A stretch of 64,000 bases of DNA from Octopus sinensis (taxonomy: Eukaryota): NCBI RefSeq assembly GCF_006345805.1, contig NC_043002.1, positions 35,340,001 to 35,404,000 of the forward strand, in the 5' to 3' direction. The notes beneath the pieces are model-generated. The model was not told the origin of the DNA. It made no database searches and saw only the letters and a program-made list of their open reading frames with translations. Below, piece after piece: positions 1-11,672 of the stretch; within the stretch, counting starts at the first letter, position 1; the number at the start of each line of letters is the position of its first letter. Position numbers and translations under genes: made by a program.

Positions 1-129
1 AACTTTGCCTTTCATCCTTTCGGGGTCGATAAATTAAGTACCAGTTATGCACTGGGGTCGATGTAATCGACTTAATCCGTTTGTCTGTCCCCTCTGTGTT
101 TAGCCCCTTGTGGGTAGTAAAGAAATAGA
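1..129 (+). mobile_element. tRNA-derived SINE, family A, 3' portion
   Basis: Reverse complement of the 3' part of the full copy at 38283-38512. Confidence 0.85.
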
Positions 130-2922
130 TATTGTAAGATTGGTGTGAGAGGCCAGACACAGCCAGTTTGAACGTAAAACAGGTAGAATATTTTGGCCAG
201 GTATGGCTGCTTTAAATGCAAAAGGGTTAAGGAAGAAGACAAGATTATTTCCTTGATATATGTAGCAATTGTATTTTTATGCTATTGAAGAAAACAAGAC
301 TGGCATAACTCTAACAGAAAATGCTTTTGGTCCATGAAGACATACATTTAGCATGGTGTCAAAGTTGCATATGGCTGTATGAGAGGACAGTATGCAGATC
401 ATTGACAGAAGTGTGTGTGTGGAGAATAAAACTAAACTTTGGGACACATCAGGGTTGACAGAGAGAGCTCCATTCACATAGATCACCACAGTGCAATCCA
501 ATAGAAAACCTATGATCCAAGGCATTAGCAGTGGATAGAGCCCATAGGCTTTAGTTTAGTTTGGAGAATTGCATACCAGACAGTCAAATGCAATTAGTTT
601 ATCAAGCCAAGATATCATTGATAAACAATCAGAAAAACTACATCTGCCTCAAGCAAAAGATTCAGGAGCGGGCATGCTCAGTATATTCGCCCACTGAAAT
701 TTAGAAATTCCATAAAACTAACACTGCATAACACTAAGCTGAGGAAATGAGCACCAACAATACTGAAATACTCTGGTCTGCTGTCTAAACTAAATACTCC
801 TCTAGATCAAAAGGATACTTTCACTGAAGAATAATATAACACCCTTTTAAGATGAGATACTTTAAACATGACAGCCAACAGATGGAAATGAATAAATCGC
901 TTTATCACATACCTGTTCATCACTTATGCCACTATTACCCATGCCTTTACCTGTCATATTTATGCCCCTATTGCTCATCTTAATCTCCCTACACTATGCT
1001 GCCAATATGACAAAGGATATTTTCTATTTACTGAACAAGATGTGATCCTCTGACACACTTAGTAGCAGCAACAACTCAGCCAACCCATGCCAGCATAGGA
1101 ATACATCTATATTGTCCTTTCACCAACATCACACTTTCCTTTCATCCTTATCACCCTTGCTCTCTTACCTAACTTGAGGCATGGGCTTAAAGGCCTTCAT
1201 CAGATAGGCAGGTACTTCAGCTATTCAACAGTCTCCCACTGTCCATTTGGTTTCAACATCCATCATCCAACCCCACCTCTTGCTATCCATCATATTCTTA
1301 CTCCTCTCTAGAGCTGGTACCATGATAAAATGAACTCAGTACACTGTTAAATGTGATGTCAGGTGTCCCATTAGTCTTGAAGATGTAGACAACCTCCTTA
1401 GTGCTGATGCCATGAATAAAATACCCAGTACACTCAGTACAGTGGTTGGTAGTAGAGAGGGCATTCAACCATAGAAACCAAGCCAAAAATAAAACTTTGG
1501 GCCTCTGACCCATCTGAAAGCAAATATAAAATGACAATTTCCTCCATACCTTAATAGTTTGTATTTCAGATTAGTTTATTGTCATTATAAGCCATAAACT
1601 CACTGGAAACTGGAGGTGTTTGAAATTGAAATGTAAACCCTTGAACAGTTAAAATAGTTTCTTTTAGTAAGTTACTTGACTATTAACTGGTGTCATTGAA
1701 ACATCAATATTACAAAGCCAGATGACTGGTGCTTCTCCTTTTAGTTTCAAGTTGTGACATTGTATTGTTGAGGATTGAAGTACACTGAATTTGAATCATG
1801 TTACTAATGTCTTTTCAAATTGGGATATTATTTGTATGGAAGTTCTTGACAGGCAAGTTATTAAAGTATACAGCAACTTAATCTTTGGCAGTGTCACTCT
1901 TTAGAGTAAGTGGTGCTCATTCTTATATTAATGTTTTAGTAATCTTTTAGGAAATTCAAGTAAACTTCCTCTATCATTTTTATTATAATCAAAGTGATTC
2001 TCAAGTTGGTCAATATGATTTTCACTTGGATTAATATCTGTATTTTGAAGCAAGAGATTTCTAAAAAAAAAGTTTTTACAATACCATTGTTTACTCAACA
2101 CTCATGCTCTGATGATGCAGGGTTTGATGTGCACACTTCAAGCATGTTTGAATTTCAATTATAGATGTTCTACAGAAAATTGCTAGAAATGTCCCAACAA
2201 AAGTAGGCCATAGATTACTTCAGCACTTCTGATATAATGAAGTGTCTAGAGAGGTGCATCAAATACACACACGTGTTTGAGTACTTTTGTCATATTATTC
2301 ATATATATTCATCATATATGGTGGAGCTTGAAATAAATATTGGAGGAGGCTTGTATATTATTCTTTTGAAAAACTTGATGAAGTTCTGTCTTCATTACAA
2401 TTAGAAAATTCAACAAAGATAATGTAACTAGTTTGTGATAAACATGGTATACATGTTTTCAATTATATGCAAATAGCAAATGATATTATAAAACTAGTTA
2501 CTCTATATCATGACATATACCAATTTTATCGATATGCATCAAAAAGTTTTTTAATGATATTTCTATCCCATTTACTGCTCACAAAAATAAACTTATAATT
2601 TAAAATATCAAATCTTAGTATTTGGCGTTTTTCATGCATATAACGAAGTGGTAGTTGTTTTTTATGCATATAACAGAGATGTCTAAAGACAACAGACTCA
2701 TAAACATGTCTTGCACCTTCCAAATGAGCTTATTAACCAACTTAAAAGTATTTAATTACTCTTGGCACATATTTCAACAGCTACTAAGCAGCCAGAAACT
2801 GCCAGACTCAGTGCATGATCAATTAGTTACAAATAAAGATCAGCGCAAAACAGTTTTGTGTTGACTGATTTGAATTTATCAGATTTGTATACCAGGGAAT
2901 AGGTCAGAGTATGTTACTGAGT

Positions 2923-3250
2923 TGTCTTGGGGAAATTTCGAACTTGGGTTCTCATTCCTAAGGTATTTTTTGATGTTATTATTATTATTCAGATCACTGC
3001 CTGGAATTGAACTTGGAATCTTAGGGTTAGTAGGCACACTCTTAACCCCAAGATTCCGAGTTCTATTCCAGGCAGTGACCTGAATAATAATAATAATAAT
3101 AACAACAATAATATCGAAAAATACCTTAAGAATGAGAACCCAGGTTCAAAATTTCCCCAAGACACCTGATGAAGGCTGGAGGGTATATCAGCTGAAACAT
3201 GTTAACAACAAACAAGATGAGGACAAATATCTGTCAAATGTAAATAATGT
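2923..3250 (+). mobile_element. Fold-back (inverted) Penelope-like LTR element ending in a degenerate hammerhead motif
   Basis: Arms of about 110-120 bp (2923-3029 / 3043-3164) around a 13-nt loop. CTGATGA-A-GGCTG...CAGCT-GAAAC at 3166-3198. Confidence 0.6.
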
Positions 3251-3619
3251 AGTTTTCCAGATGCTTCACAGTAGATAATAATCTTCCTGTTATATCATGC
3301 TTTTTCATAAAATTTACAGCTGTTGACAGTCAGTGATGCTACTTCATAATCTTGATGTCCAATGATACCAATTAGTAGTCAAATAACTTACTAGAAGAAA
3401 CTATTTTAACTGTTCATGGGTTTATATTTCTTCTATGTCATATATCAAGACAAGTTTTATAAGGTCCTGAGTTATGTATTGGGATGTCAAATGGAATTCT
3501 CCATTTCCTTCCAATGTTATTTAAATTAACATTTAAAATATTTCTATCACAGTTTTATGGAATTTTTAGCTTTATTCTTCCCCTACAACTTTTATTTATC
3601 ATTTTTGAAATTTGAATAA

Positions 3620-3900
3620 ATTTTACTTCTTTTCAGACATGTGACAATGAAGTGTCACATAATTCAAGAGCTCAGTTGGAAAGTTCTACCATGCCTGCCA
3701 TATTCTCCTGATATAGCACCTTCAAATTATCACCTTTATCAGTTGCTATCCAACAATCTGCAAGGTGTCTCATTCAATACTGACATGAAGCTGAAATTAT
3801 GGCTCAATGAATTCTTCAAGTCAAGACTTCGTAATTTCTACCATCAAGACATTGAAAAGAACACTAGCAAGTCATGAACAATGAAGGAGAATATATTATC
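3620..3900 (+). pseudogene. Mariner transposase C-terminal fragment
   Basis: LPCLPYSPDIAPSNYHLY, matching the mariner YSPDLAPxD motif (ORF 3641-3877). Confidence 0.85.
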
Positions 3901-5369
3901 AGTTGATTTATTAAAACTGTTGATAAAAATAAGAATTAAAATGGTAAAAATATTAATTCATCTGGCAACTGAACACAATTGATGGGTTTCACTAACTTTT
4001 TCATGAAATAGATTTGTCTAAATTTGTGATTACCCCTACTTCCAAACAATTGGACCTGGTCACTTATAAGCTTTGTATGGCTGTTTATTTGGGACTTAGT
4101 GACGTCCTTTCAAAAACAACTGTTCTATATTTGAATATTTGCAGTTCCAGCATGATTTCTATCAAAGAGGGCGTTTTCCTGACTAAGCCATAAAAAAAAA
4201 TGTTTATTCTACAGCTGGTTACTTTAACCAGATGGAACATGCATTATAACTGTGTGACAGTGTATGTGCATGTGATATGCACATACATACTAATACTGAA
4301 ACTTACACATGTATAATTAAATTGATCTAGGTTTTACTATTCTGAACAAATTTCTTTGAAATTATTTAGCTAGCAAAATTTAGCTGTGAAATGATTGAGC
4401 AGAGTATCATATTCCAATTTTTTTATTCATATACTTAAAAGGATATTCTCATATTTCTCAATGCTAGAAGAAAAGGTTCTAGTTTAAACCAGTTCTTGAT
4501 ATAAAACCTTGAAGGATTTTTTTTTGCAATGTTTACAACAATGACTACTTATACTGCTTATGGTGTTCAGTGTTGCTTTTTCATGCAATTTCAATATAAA
4601 CATCAATTTTTCAACCAAAAAATGGTATTTATATTCTGTCAGGTAAAATATTTCACTATTTTTAAGGTATCATTTTCAAAATAGCAAAGACTGACAGAAA
4701 TGACTGAATTAAATTAATACTAATGAATGACAATAACATTTTAAAAACTGATTAACAAATAAAAACTATGGAAATAGTAACACACAGTGCAACTTCATAT
4801 CACTTCACTTTGGAATCACTTTAGTGGTATTGATAGAATTAAATGTTGGGCCACTCTCAGCTCATCTATGCACAATTTAAAATAGAAAACCAAATTAGGA
4901 ATGCAACTTAACAAAACATTCTTCAATTTGTTTAACAACAGTGACTATCCCAGCCTTTGGTACCTATTTATGTAAGGTAAACTGGGTCTATCATTAAATA
5001 ATGTACAAATGACATGATTGAAATACTACTTAAGCTTGCTGCTGGTTTCCAAAAGCTTATCAATCCAGCTATCTGCATATTTCTTGGATTTATTTACATC
5101 AACATCATTATCCTCCTCATGTAACACCTACTTTTTTCTGCTAACATGAGTCAGACAGAATATGTTGAAGCAGATTTTCAATGGTTGGACAACCTTCCTG
5201 TTACCAAGCTCAAACCTGTTTCGAGGGAAGGTAATATTTTCTCAGGGTCAGATATATTTTCAAAGATTGGAAATGAACACAACAACAGTAATGCTTTTTT
5301 ACAATTATTATGTGATGTCAAGACAATGTGCACACACACATGCATATATATGTATGTATATACCTACAC

Positions 5370-5520
5370 ACAACAAGTTTCTTCCATTGATCCTCTACCA
5401 AATCCACTTGTAAGGCCTTGGTCAGCCTGGGCTATAGATCTTACTCAAGATGCTTTGCAGTAAAAGTGTACTTGACACTACATGGTTGTGAAGCAAGCTT
5501 CTTAACCATACAGCCACACC
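5370..5520 (-). mobile_element. SINE family B fragment
   Basis: CTACCAAATCCACT...AAGGCCTTGGTCAGCC...GGGCTATAG motif shared with the other family B copies. Confidence 0.65.
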
Positions 5521-6999
5521 ATGAATTAAGAGAACATTTAGTTAAACGAAGTGAAACATTTCCACACTCTGGTAAATACATGAAAGTATCTTAGAAGGAT
5601 ATATCTATATCATGTAGAATGAGACTAACTCTATATTCTGCTACAGTCTATGTATGTTACACTTTAAATAAATACTATCGTAACTATATAAACAATGTTT
5701 ATTTCATTTATAAGACAAATGGCTGAAAAATATTTCAAATTAAGTGATATGTCTTTTTTGAATCCACAGCTCAAATGGAGCAACTGTTGCAATTCACTGT
5801 GACTACAGGCTCATGTTGAGCCCATTGTACTTTCCTCTGATATGAAAGTAATGATGTAGTACATGTATTAAGATTTGTTAAAGTATTACCAATGTAGTAA
5901 TACAGAATATCACTACATATAGTTTATGTCTTTTATATCACTCCATCATAAGATTGCTTAAAGTGTATGCATTATTCTTTCAACACATTTTCAATAATTT
6001 TAATAACAATCAGATTGTAAAGATGAAGAGAAGTGAACCAGCATTTTCTCAGACAGTTGTATGTAGCACTGTCTAAAGCATGTTCACTTCTTCATGTAAG
6101 ACTAAGAATACCGGACAATGACCCTCAGTGTAGAAGAAAGGACAAGTGTACAACTCCAGTTTGATTTCTCTCCTAACTACAACTTATACAGACTTTACAA
6201 CACCTCCTGAACACGTCAGTAAAAATACAATTTTAAAGAAAATTATCAATTTTATAGTTCCCTGTTGACTTGCTATAATCTCATTGTCTTCATAATTGTG
6301 GAATTTCCAGACACTGCTAGTATCTAGTAATAAAAATAAAAAAAGTAAACCAAGTCACTGCAGTAAATAGAGAATGCCAGGAAATATATGGAAAATACTA
6401 ACTTTATTATGTCACAAAAAAAAAACTAGTACCATACCGCCTGATTTTTATTGTTCAGAAAAAGTAGGATTTTCTCCACAATACTAATCACTAAATTATA
6501 TATGAGAAAAAAATATTGCACTCTTATATCTAAATTTAGCTGTCATACTCAGTGAATGTTAAGATTACTAGGTTATTATATTGTCTTAACAAGACAAATA
6601 GAAAACTATCAAAATATAATTATTGCTGTAATTCAGAGATATATCCTTTAAGATTACCTAGTTATTTTTTCCTGATCTCCACCAACTATCATGTATAATA
6701 AACTTTTTTTTAAAATAAATGTTCATTTTGTTAATTCGCTATATGTATAAACTAATCACTAAAGGATTTAATGTACTAAAACTTAACAGAATGTATATCT
6801 TTTAACATTCAAGCACCCATGTATCCTCAATTGGTCGTGGTTACCTAACTTTTGATTTATTGTTCACGTCATATGTTTTAGAGACAGCATCACAACTTTT
6901 TAACTATAATTAACCAATGGTTTATGACATACATAAAGTTTCAGCTAACCCAGGTCTATTCTATAGTTCAAGTCAGATGTTTTAAAAAATCTTTTTTAT

Positions 7000-7377
7000 T
7001 TTTTATGTTTCAGTCATTAGACTGTGGCCATGTTGAGATACCATCTTGAAGAGTTTTAGTTGAACAAATTGACACTGCTTAATTTTTTTTTTTAAAGTCT
7101 GGTACTTATTCTCTTGGTCTCTCATGCTGAAATGCTAAGTTACAGGGATGTAAACAAACCAACACCTGTTGCTAAGTGGTGATAGGGGACAAATACAAAG
7201 CCATACATAGATGCATATACATGACAGGCTTCTTTTACTTTCTATCTACCAAATACATTCACAAGGCTTTGGTCAGCCTCAGGTTTATAGTAGAAAACAT
7301 CTGCTCAAGGTGCCACTCAGTGGGAGTGAACCCAGAAACATGTGGTTGGGAAGCAAACTTCTTATCATACAGCCATT
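7000..7377 (-). mobile_element. tRNA-derived SINE, family B, diverged copy
   Basis: Colinear similarity to 52380-52772. Confidence 0.75.
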
Positions 7378-8109
7378 AAATCCTACAAAAAAAAAATGAA
7401 ATATGATATGAATAGTGTGGCTTGCAGTTGCATTTTCATGCAATAATAGAATGTTTTTAATAAATTCCTGCACTAATTAGAGGATAATAACTTCCCCCAA
7501 AGCTATATTAGTGCTGCACCACAACTTCTCTCAAAGCTATATTGGTGCTGCACAAATCAAAATACTGTTTGATAATCCCAAAGCTTGAATGCCCCATACA
7601 TGCTTTGAATTTTAAATATTTTGGCTCAAAGTTGCACAAGTTCCACGCAATGGTTTGGAAAAACTTGAAGGAACATTGCAACACAGTCATATCTTGGGGG
7701 CAGGAGTTAATGTTTTCAAAATCATAAGAATGTGATCCAATTCAGTTAAATATAAAAGACATATACACAGATGACGGGGTTGCTAGTGTTGGATGAAATG
7801 CCTTGCAACATTTGTTATGAGTCTCTGCACTCTGAGTTCGAATACCACCAAAGTAAACTTTGCTTTCCATCCTTTCAGAATCAATAAAAATAGACCAATC
7901 CACAGTGGTGGCTAGGCAGTTCTGGAAGAATGTTAGATCTTGTGTCATTTGCTCCAGTTTTTTGCATTGTGTTCAAATCCAGCCATGGCCTACTTGGATT
8001 GTAGACTGAATTTGTTACCCAGTTTAATACTACCTCCTGATCCTTGGTTATCTTTAGTTGAGTTCATTGAGTAGCCAGCATCTGGGCCAGGTCTTCAGTC
8101 TAAAGATAC

Positions 8110-9544
8110 CTCCCTCCCTCGTCTTGAAAGCCCTGTAAAGAGTCTGGGATACTGCCTTCCGACGTGACTAAAAGATAAAAAATTTTATTTTTTTAAGCGC
8201 GGTGCCACGAAAACTATAAGCTGCTCAAATGTTTATAAAATTATAGATATACATTAACAAAAATATTTAACTATGCTATTATAGTAAGCTTGTAGTAGCA
8301 AATTTTAAATTAATCTTAGTTGAAGGATATAATCTTATAAGTACATTTAACCGAATCAATAGCAAAATGTTTGGTAATTGATTACCTGTTTGAAATAAAA
8401 CCACAAACATTTACGTTATATGCATATTTTAAAATCTCTTTTTCATCCAATATATTACAACTAAAATGTTCTATTTAAGCCTTGAAATTCTTTTAAGTTG
8501 CGGATCAAGTTTGCTGTGTTATGACAGTTATTTTGAAACCGGTACGCGCTATTGATCCTCGACATTCCCGTCAATGTTACAAATCGTGTTACACACTTCA
8601 AGGTTAGGATAAGAAGATTTACGTTGTTAATTTTTAGATTGAACATAGAATTACTAATTATGTCAATTATACGACAAAGTTCGATTGATTAAAAAATAAG
8701 CAACTTTACGACCGATTTTGTTGGAAATATGCGAATGGAAAGTAATTAAAAACAATGAACGTATTTGCTTATTCGCTTCGCATAATGATGTCCCACGTTC
8801 GATCTCGAATCGACCCACGCAATGTGAGTGGAATTGGATAAACGAGAACAGCGGAAGTTTGTCGGATGAATTGTACTTTTAATTAAAAGGCCCAGCTTTT
8901 ATACAGATACTGTCATACTGAATATGTTCTTTAGTTTATTTTAACCATTTCGGCCGAGGCCATGATGGAAGAATACGTTAAAAAGAGTACAAATGTTTGA
9001 AGAATTCTCGTGCACGTATAATCCAATGAATGGGTAGTACCGTTGATCGAATGGAATACTCATCGACGAAACGGACGACGAATCAATTTACTTTTTAAAT
9101 AAAAATCAATAAAACTCCGCGATATATTACTAATTCTATGCTAAAAATGTAGATATTTTTCCAATAAATAATATTCACTTCATCGCATAAACTCAAATGG
9201 AGACTTTTACTGGTGATTATAAATCTCTTAAAAATAAAGGAAAACCATTATAAATGTTCGTCCTAAAATGAAAAACAAAACTAATTTTTCCTTGGTCCTT
9301 TCGTATTTTACTCACTTTTCAGATAATTCAGAAACGACTTCAATATTGGTAGAAGTTACGCAAACCAGGTAAGAGTTCTGAATAGGAATTAGGAAAATGT
9401 GGAGAGTGTGAGAGAGAGAAACTGAAATAGTTAAATGACAATTCGTTATCTTATGAAAGTGAAGTCAACTCAAGAGGAAGCAAGACGGTTTAATAACAGT
9501 AGCTAGGTGCCCGGCCTCGAAGTATCGCAACCGACCGTTGCCAT
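8110..9544 (-). CDS. Candidate 5' exons of a divergently transcribed gene of unknown product (MAT-NSYLVCVTSTNIEVVSELSE-NHVGRQYPRLFTGLSRRGRE)
   Basis: Exon 9377-9316 has a strong pyrimidine tract/CAG acceptor and a GTGAGT donor. Exon 8167-8110 has a TTTTAG acceptor and a GAG|GTATCT donor. The two join in frame (phase 2). A possible first exon ATG GCA ACG|GTCGGT lies at 9544-9536. The + strand of 1-8 kb is A-rich, as expected for minus-strand introns. The product is not recognised. Confidence 0.4.
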
Positions 9545-10149
9545 TGATAAAGCAAGCAGTCGGCCGACAATGTCTTCAGACAAATTAGCTGTCTTTTACT
9601 ATTGGAGAAAGAAAAAAAATTGCAAGCAGCACCATCTTTGTCGTCTTTCCACACCCTCTATTTCTGTTGATGTGTTCTTGCAACATAAATAGTAACAAGT
9701 TGTCACACAAACTGCACACGCACACACATATATACATACATACATATATATATATACACATACATATATATGGTAAGCAAAGAGCTCTTTAATTGTAAGT
9801 TGTGGGGATCTGATATAATCATGAAACCAACATTAAAATAAGTAAACGCGAAATGAAAATATATTCGGAGCAATTTTAAATCGCACACACACATATACAT
9901 ACCAATCGATATTTTTAAATATATCTTTCTATTCACACAAGTAAACTTCCATTCAAGTGCACGATTGCTGTAACTGCACGTTTTTCTCCCACCCCTCTAC
10001 TTTTGAACTGAAAAGGGATGCAAAAAAAATTGGTAAAAGAAAAAAGTTAACGGTATATAGGGAGACGACATATGCACGATTCAACTTAATCGTTATTCGC
10101 AGTATGAAATAAGTTTTAAACCAAGGTCAGAGGTGTACTGGAAAAACGA

Positions 10150-11672
10150 CTTAACACATGCGCAGAGTAAATAGAAAGCTGATCTAATACTGGGCTCTAT
10201 GCAGTTGATTGACGTCACCATCACTAGTTTTAACAAGAGAATCTTCTATTGTTTTCCATCTTAAACCATGTGTCTGCTCTCTGCTCATTCTTTCAACGCA
10301 CCTTGATAATGACAGAATGATTGCGTCTCTAACAACCTTGTACAAAACTACATGTACACATTAAAAAATATATTACGTGCAACTGGTCTTCCTGTTTGAT
10401 ATATATATATATATCCCATATTCGCGTAATTTCATTTCAGTCGTTTTTATTCCACTTCTCCTCCAATTTAAGAATCGAAAGTATATTTATTATGCCAGCA
10501 TTGTGAAATTTATCAACAAAGCCGGTTTTCAATTTAGTTGGGTTTATGCTAGATTGCCATCTAGCAAATCTTCACCAACAGCCATCACTTAATAATACCC
10601 ACGTGTCAGTCTAAAAAATCTTATTGTGAACGTAAGTGCTGTTGGTTTATTTAGTTCATGTTATTTATTTGACTGTATATTTATGTCGCAACTTTCTTTT
10701 GGCTGTTAAAACGATTTTTCTTCGCTTCTTAAAAAAAAAAAAAAATCGATATATTTCTTTACTCCCTTCTTTCCCTCAACCACCCATATTTTCAGTTTCG
10801 TGTAAATGAAAGAGAGAAAAAATGCTTTCTTGGCAGACATAAAATTTCCTACATATGAAAATTTTGCAAGTAAAGTATGGATGATTTAAAGTATATCGTT
10901 TTTATACCTCTCAACGGTCGTCCCATCTTTAGCGTAGCCAAAAACTTCTTTCGTAGTTATTGAAGACATCTTTTTATGTAATGGGGGAAAATAAAATACT
11001 AATTCATTCACTATTTTATATGGAAGGAAGAGGGGGAAATCAGGGAGGTAAGAGCCGCCTTACATTATGCTTATTGGTATGGAAGCGGGCAAGACATTCA
11101 GTCATGTGATTTAGGTCACATGACTATACTTTTTCATCTTAATCTCTAACCCTTCTTTCTAAAATCATTATTACAATAGTTGCTAATTCTTTAGAAAAAA
11201 AAAGCTTTCTGCATTTACAAATTAGACTTATTCGCTTATTTTTTTGTTTATTATTTTGCAAAAAAGGCTACATTTTAAACTGACTGGAAGTTCTCTTTTT
11301 TTTTTTCAATACTTGAAATTTGTCTCCAATATAATATAATAGTTGCATTTAAGAGGGAAGAATAAGTGCTCAATAATTTTCCGCTCTTTCTACTGCTTCT
11401 TTTTCCTAACTGCCTGCTGCCTTCCCCCTCTCTCTGTAATTTCTTACAATCCTTCTCTTGTTATATTATTAGCGAAGTAGAAGCAGTAATAGTGGTAGTA
11501 GTGGTGGTTGTAGAAGTAGTAGCAGTAGGTTCCTCTGTTTCCTACATAGCAACGTGCAGCTGCTGCGAGAAGTGGAGGGTATTATCAGATCCTCAGCTCT
11601 CACACAGACACATACTGCAGCGTTGAGCTCGTTTACAACTTAAAAGTATTTAGCGTTAGTGAAAATGGCGGC
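10150..11672 (+). promoter_or_regulatory. Probable (bidirectional) promoter region of hnRNP L
   Basis: Locally CpG-enriched. NRF1-like CATGCGCA at 10157-10164, full CRE TGACGTCA at 10210-10217, E-box CACGTG at 10600-10605, inverted M-box pair at 11100-11125, and YY1 consensus AAAATGGCGGC overlapping the ATG (11662-11672). No TSS data. Confidence 0.5.

Noticed and set aside
277-550. Minus-strand 82-aa ORF as a coding exon
   Set aside because: The acceptor is poor (CTAAACTAAAG), there is no recognisable motif, and no phase link to other candidate exons can be shown.
1298-1537. Minus-strand ORF with good-looking splice sites as an exon of the divergent gene
   Set aside because: Its central part is a decayed copy of the RTE 3' UTR (CAGTGGTTGG...GGGCATTCAACCATAGAAAC).
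2109-2150. CTGATGA hits as hammerheads (also 1199, 30841, 56443, 57977)
   Set aside because: They lack a paired stem II followed by GAAA and a valid stem III/UH.
5146-5463. Plus-strand 105-aa ORF
   Set aside because: It runs into a microsatellite and a SINE, has no domain, and conflicts with the local strand skew.
8020-8100. UGA read-through (selenoprotein) frame after candidate exon 8167-8110
   Set aside because: There is no selenoprotein motif and no SECIS was seen, and a phase-0 donor precedes it.
9323-9368. Plus-strand 46-nt exon-like segment (TTTTCAG ... CAG|GTAAGA)
   Set aside because: It overlaps the better-supported minus-strand exon, and its phase does not join hnRNP L exon 2. It could still be a non-coding exon but is unsupported.
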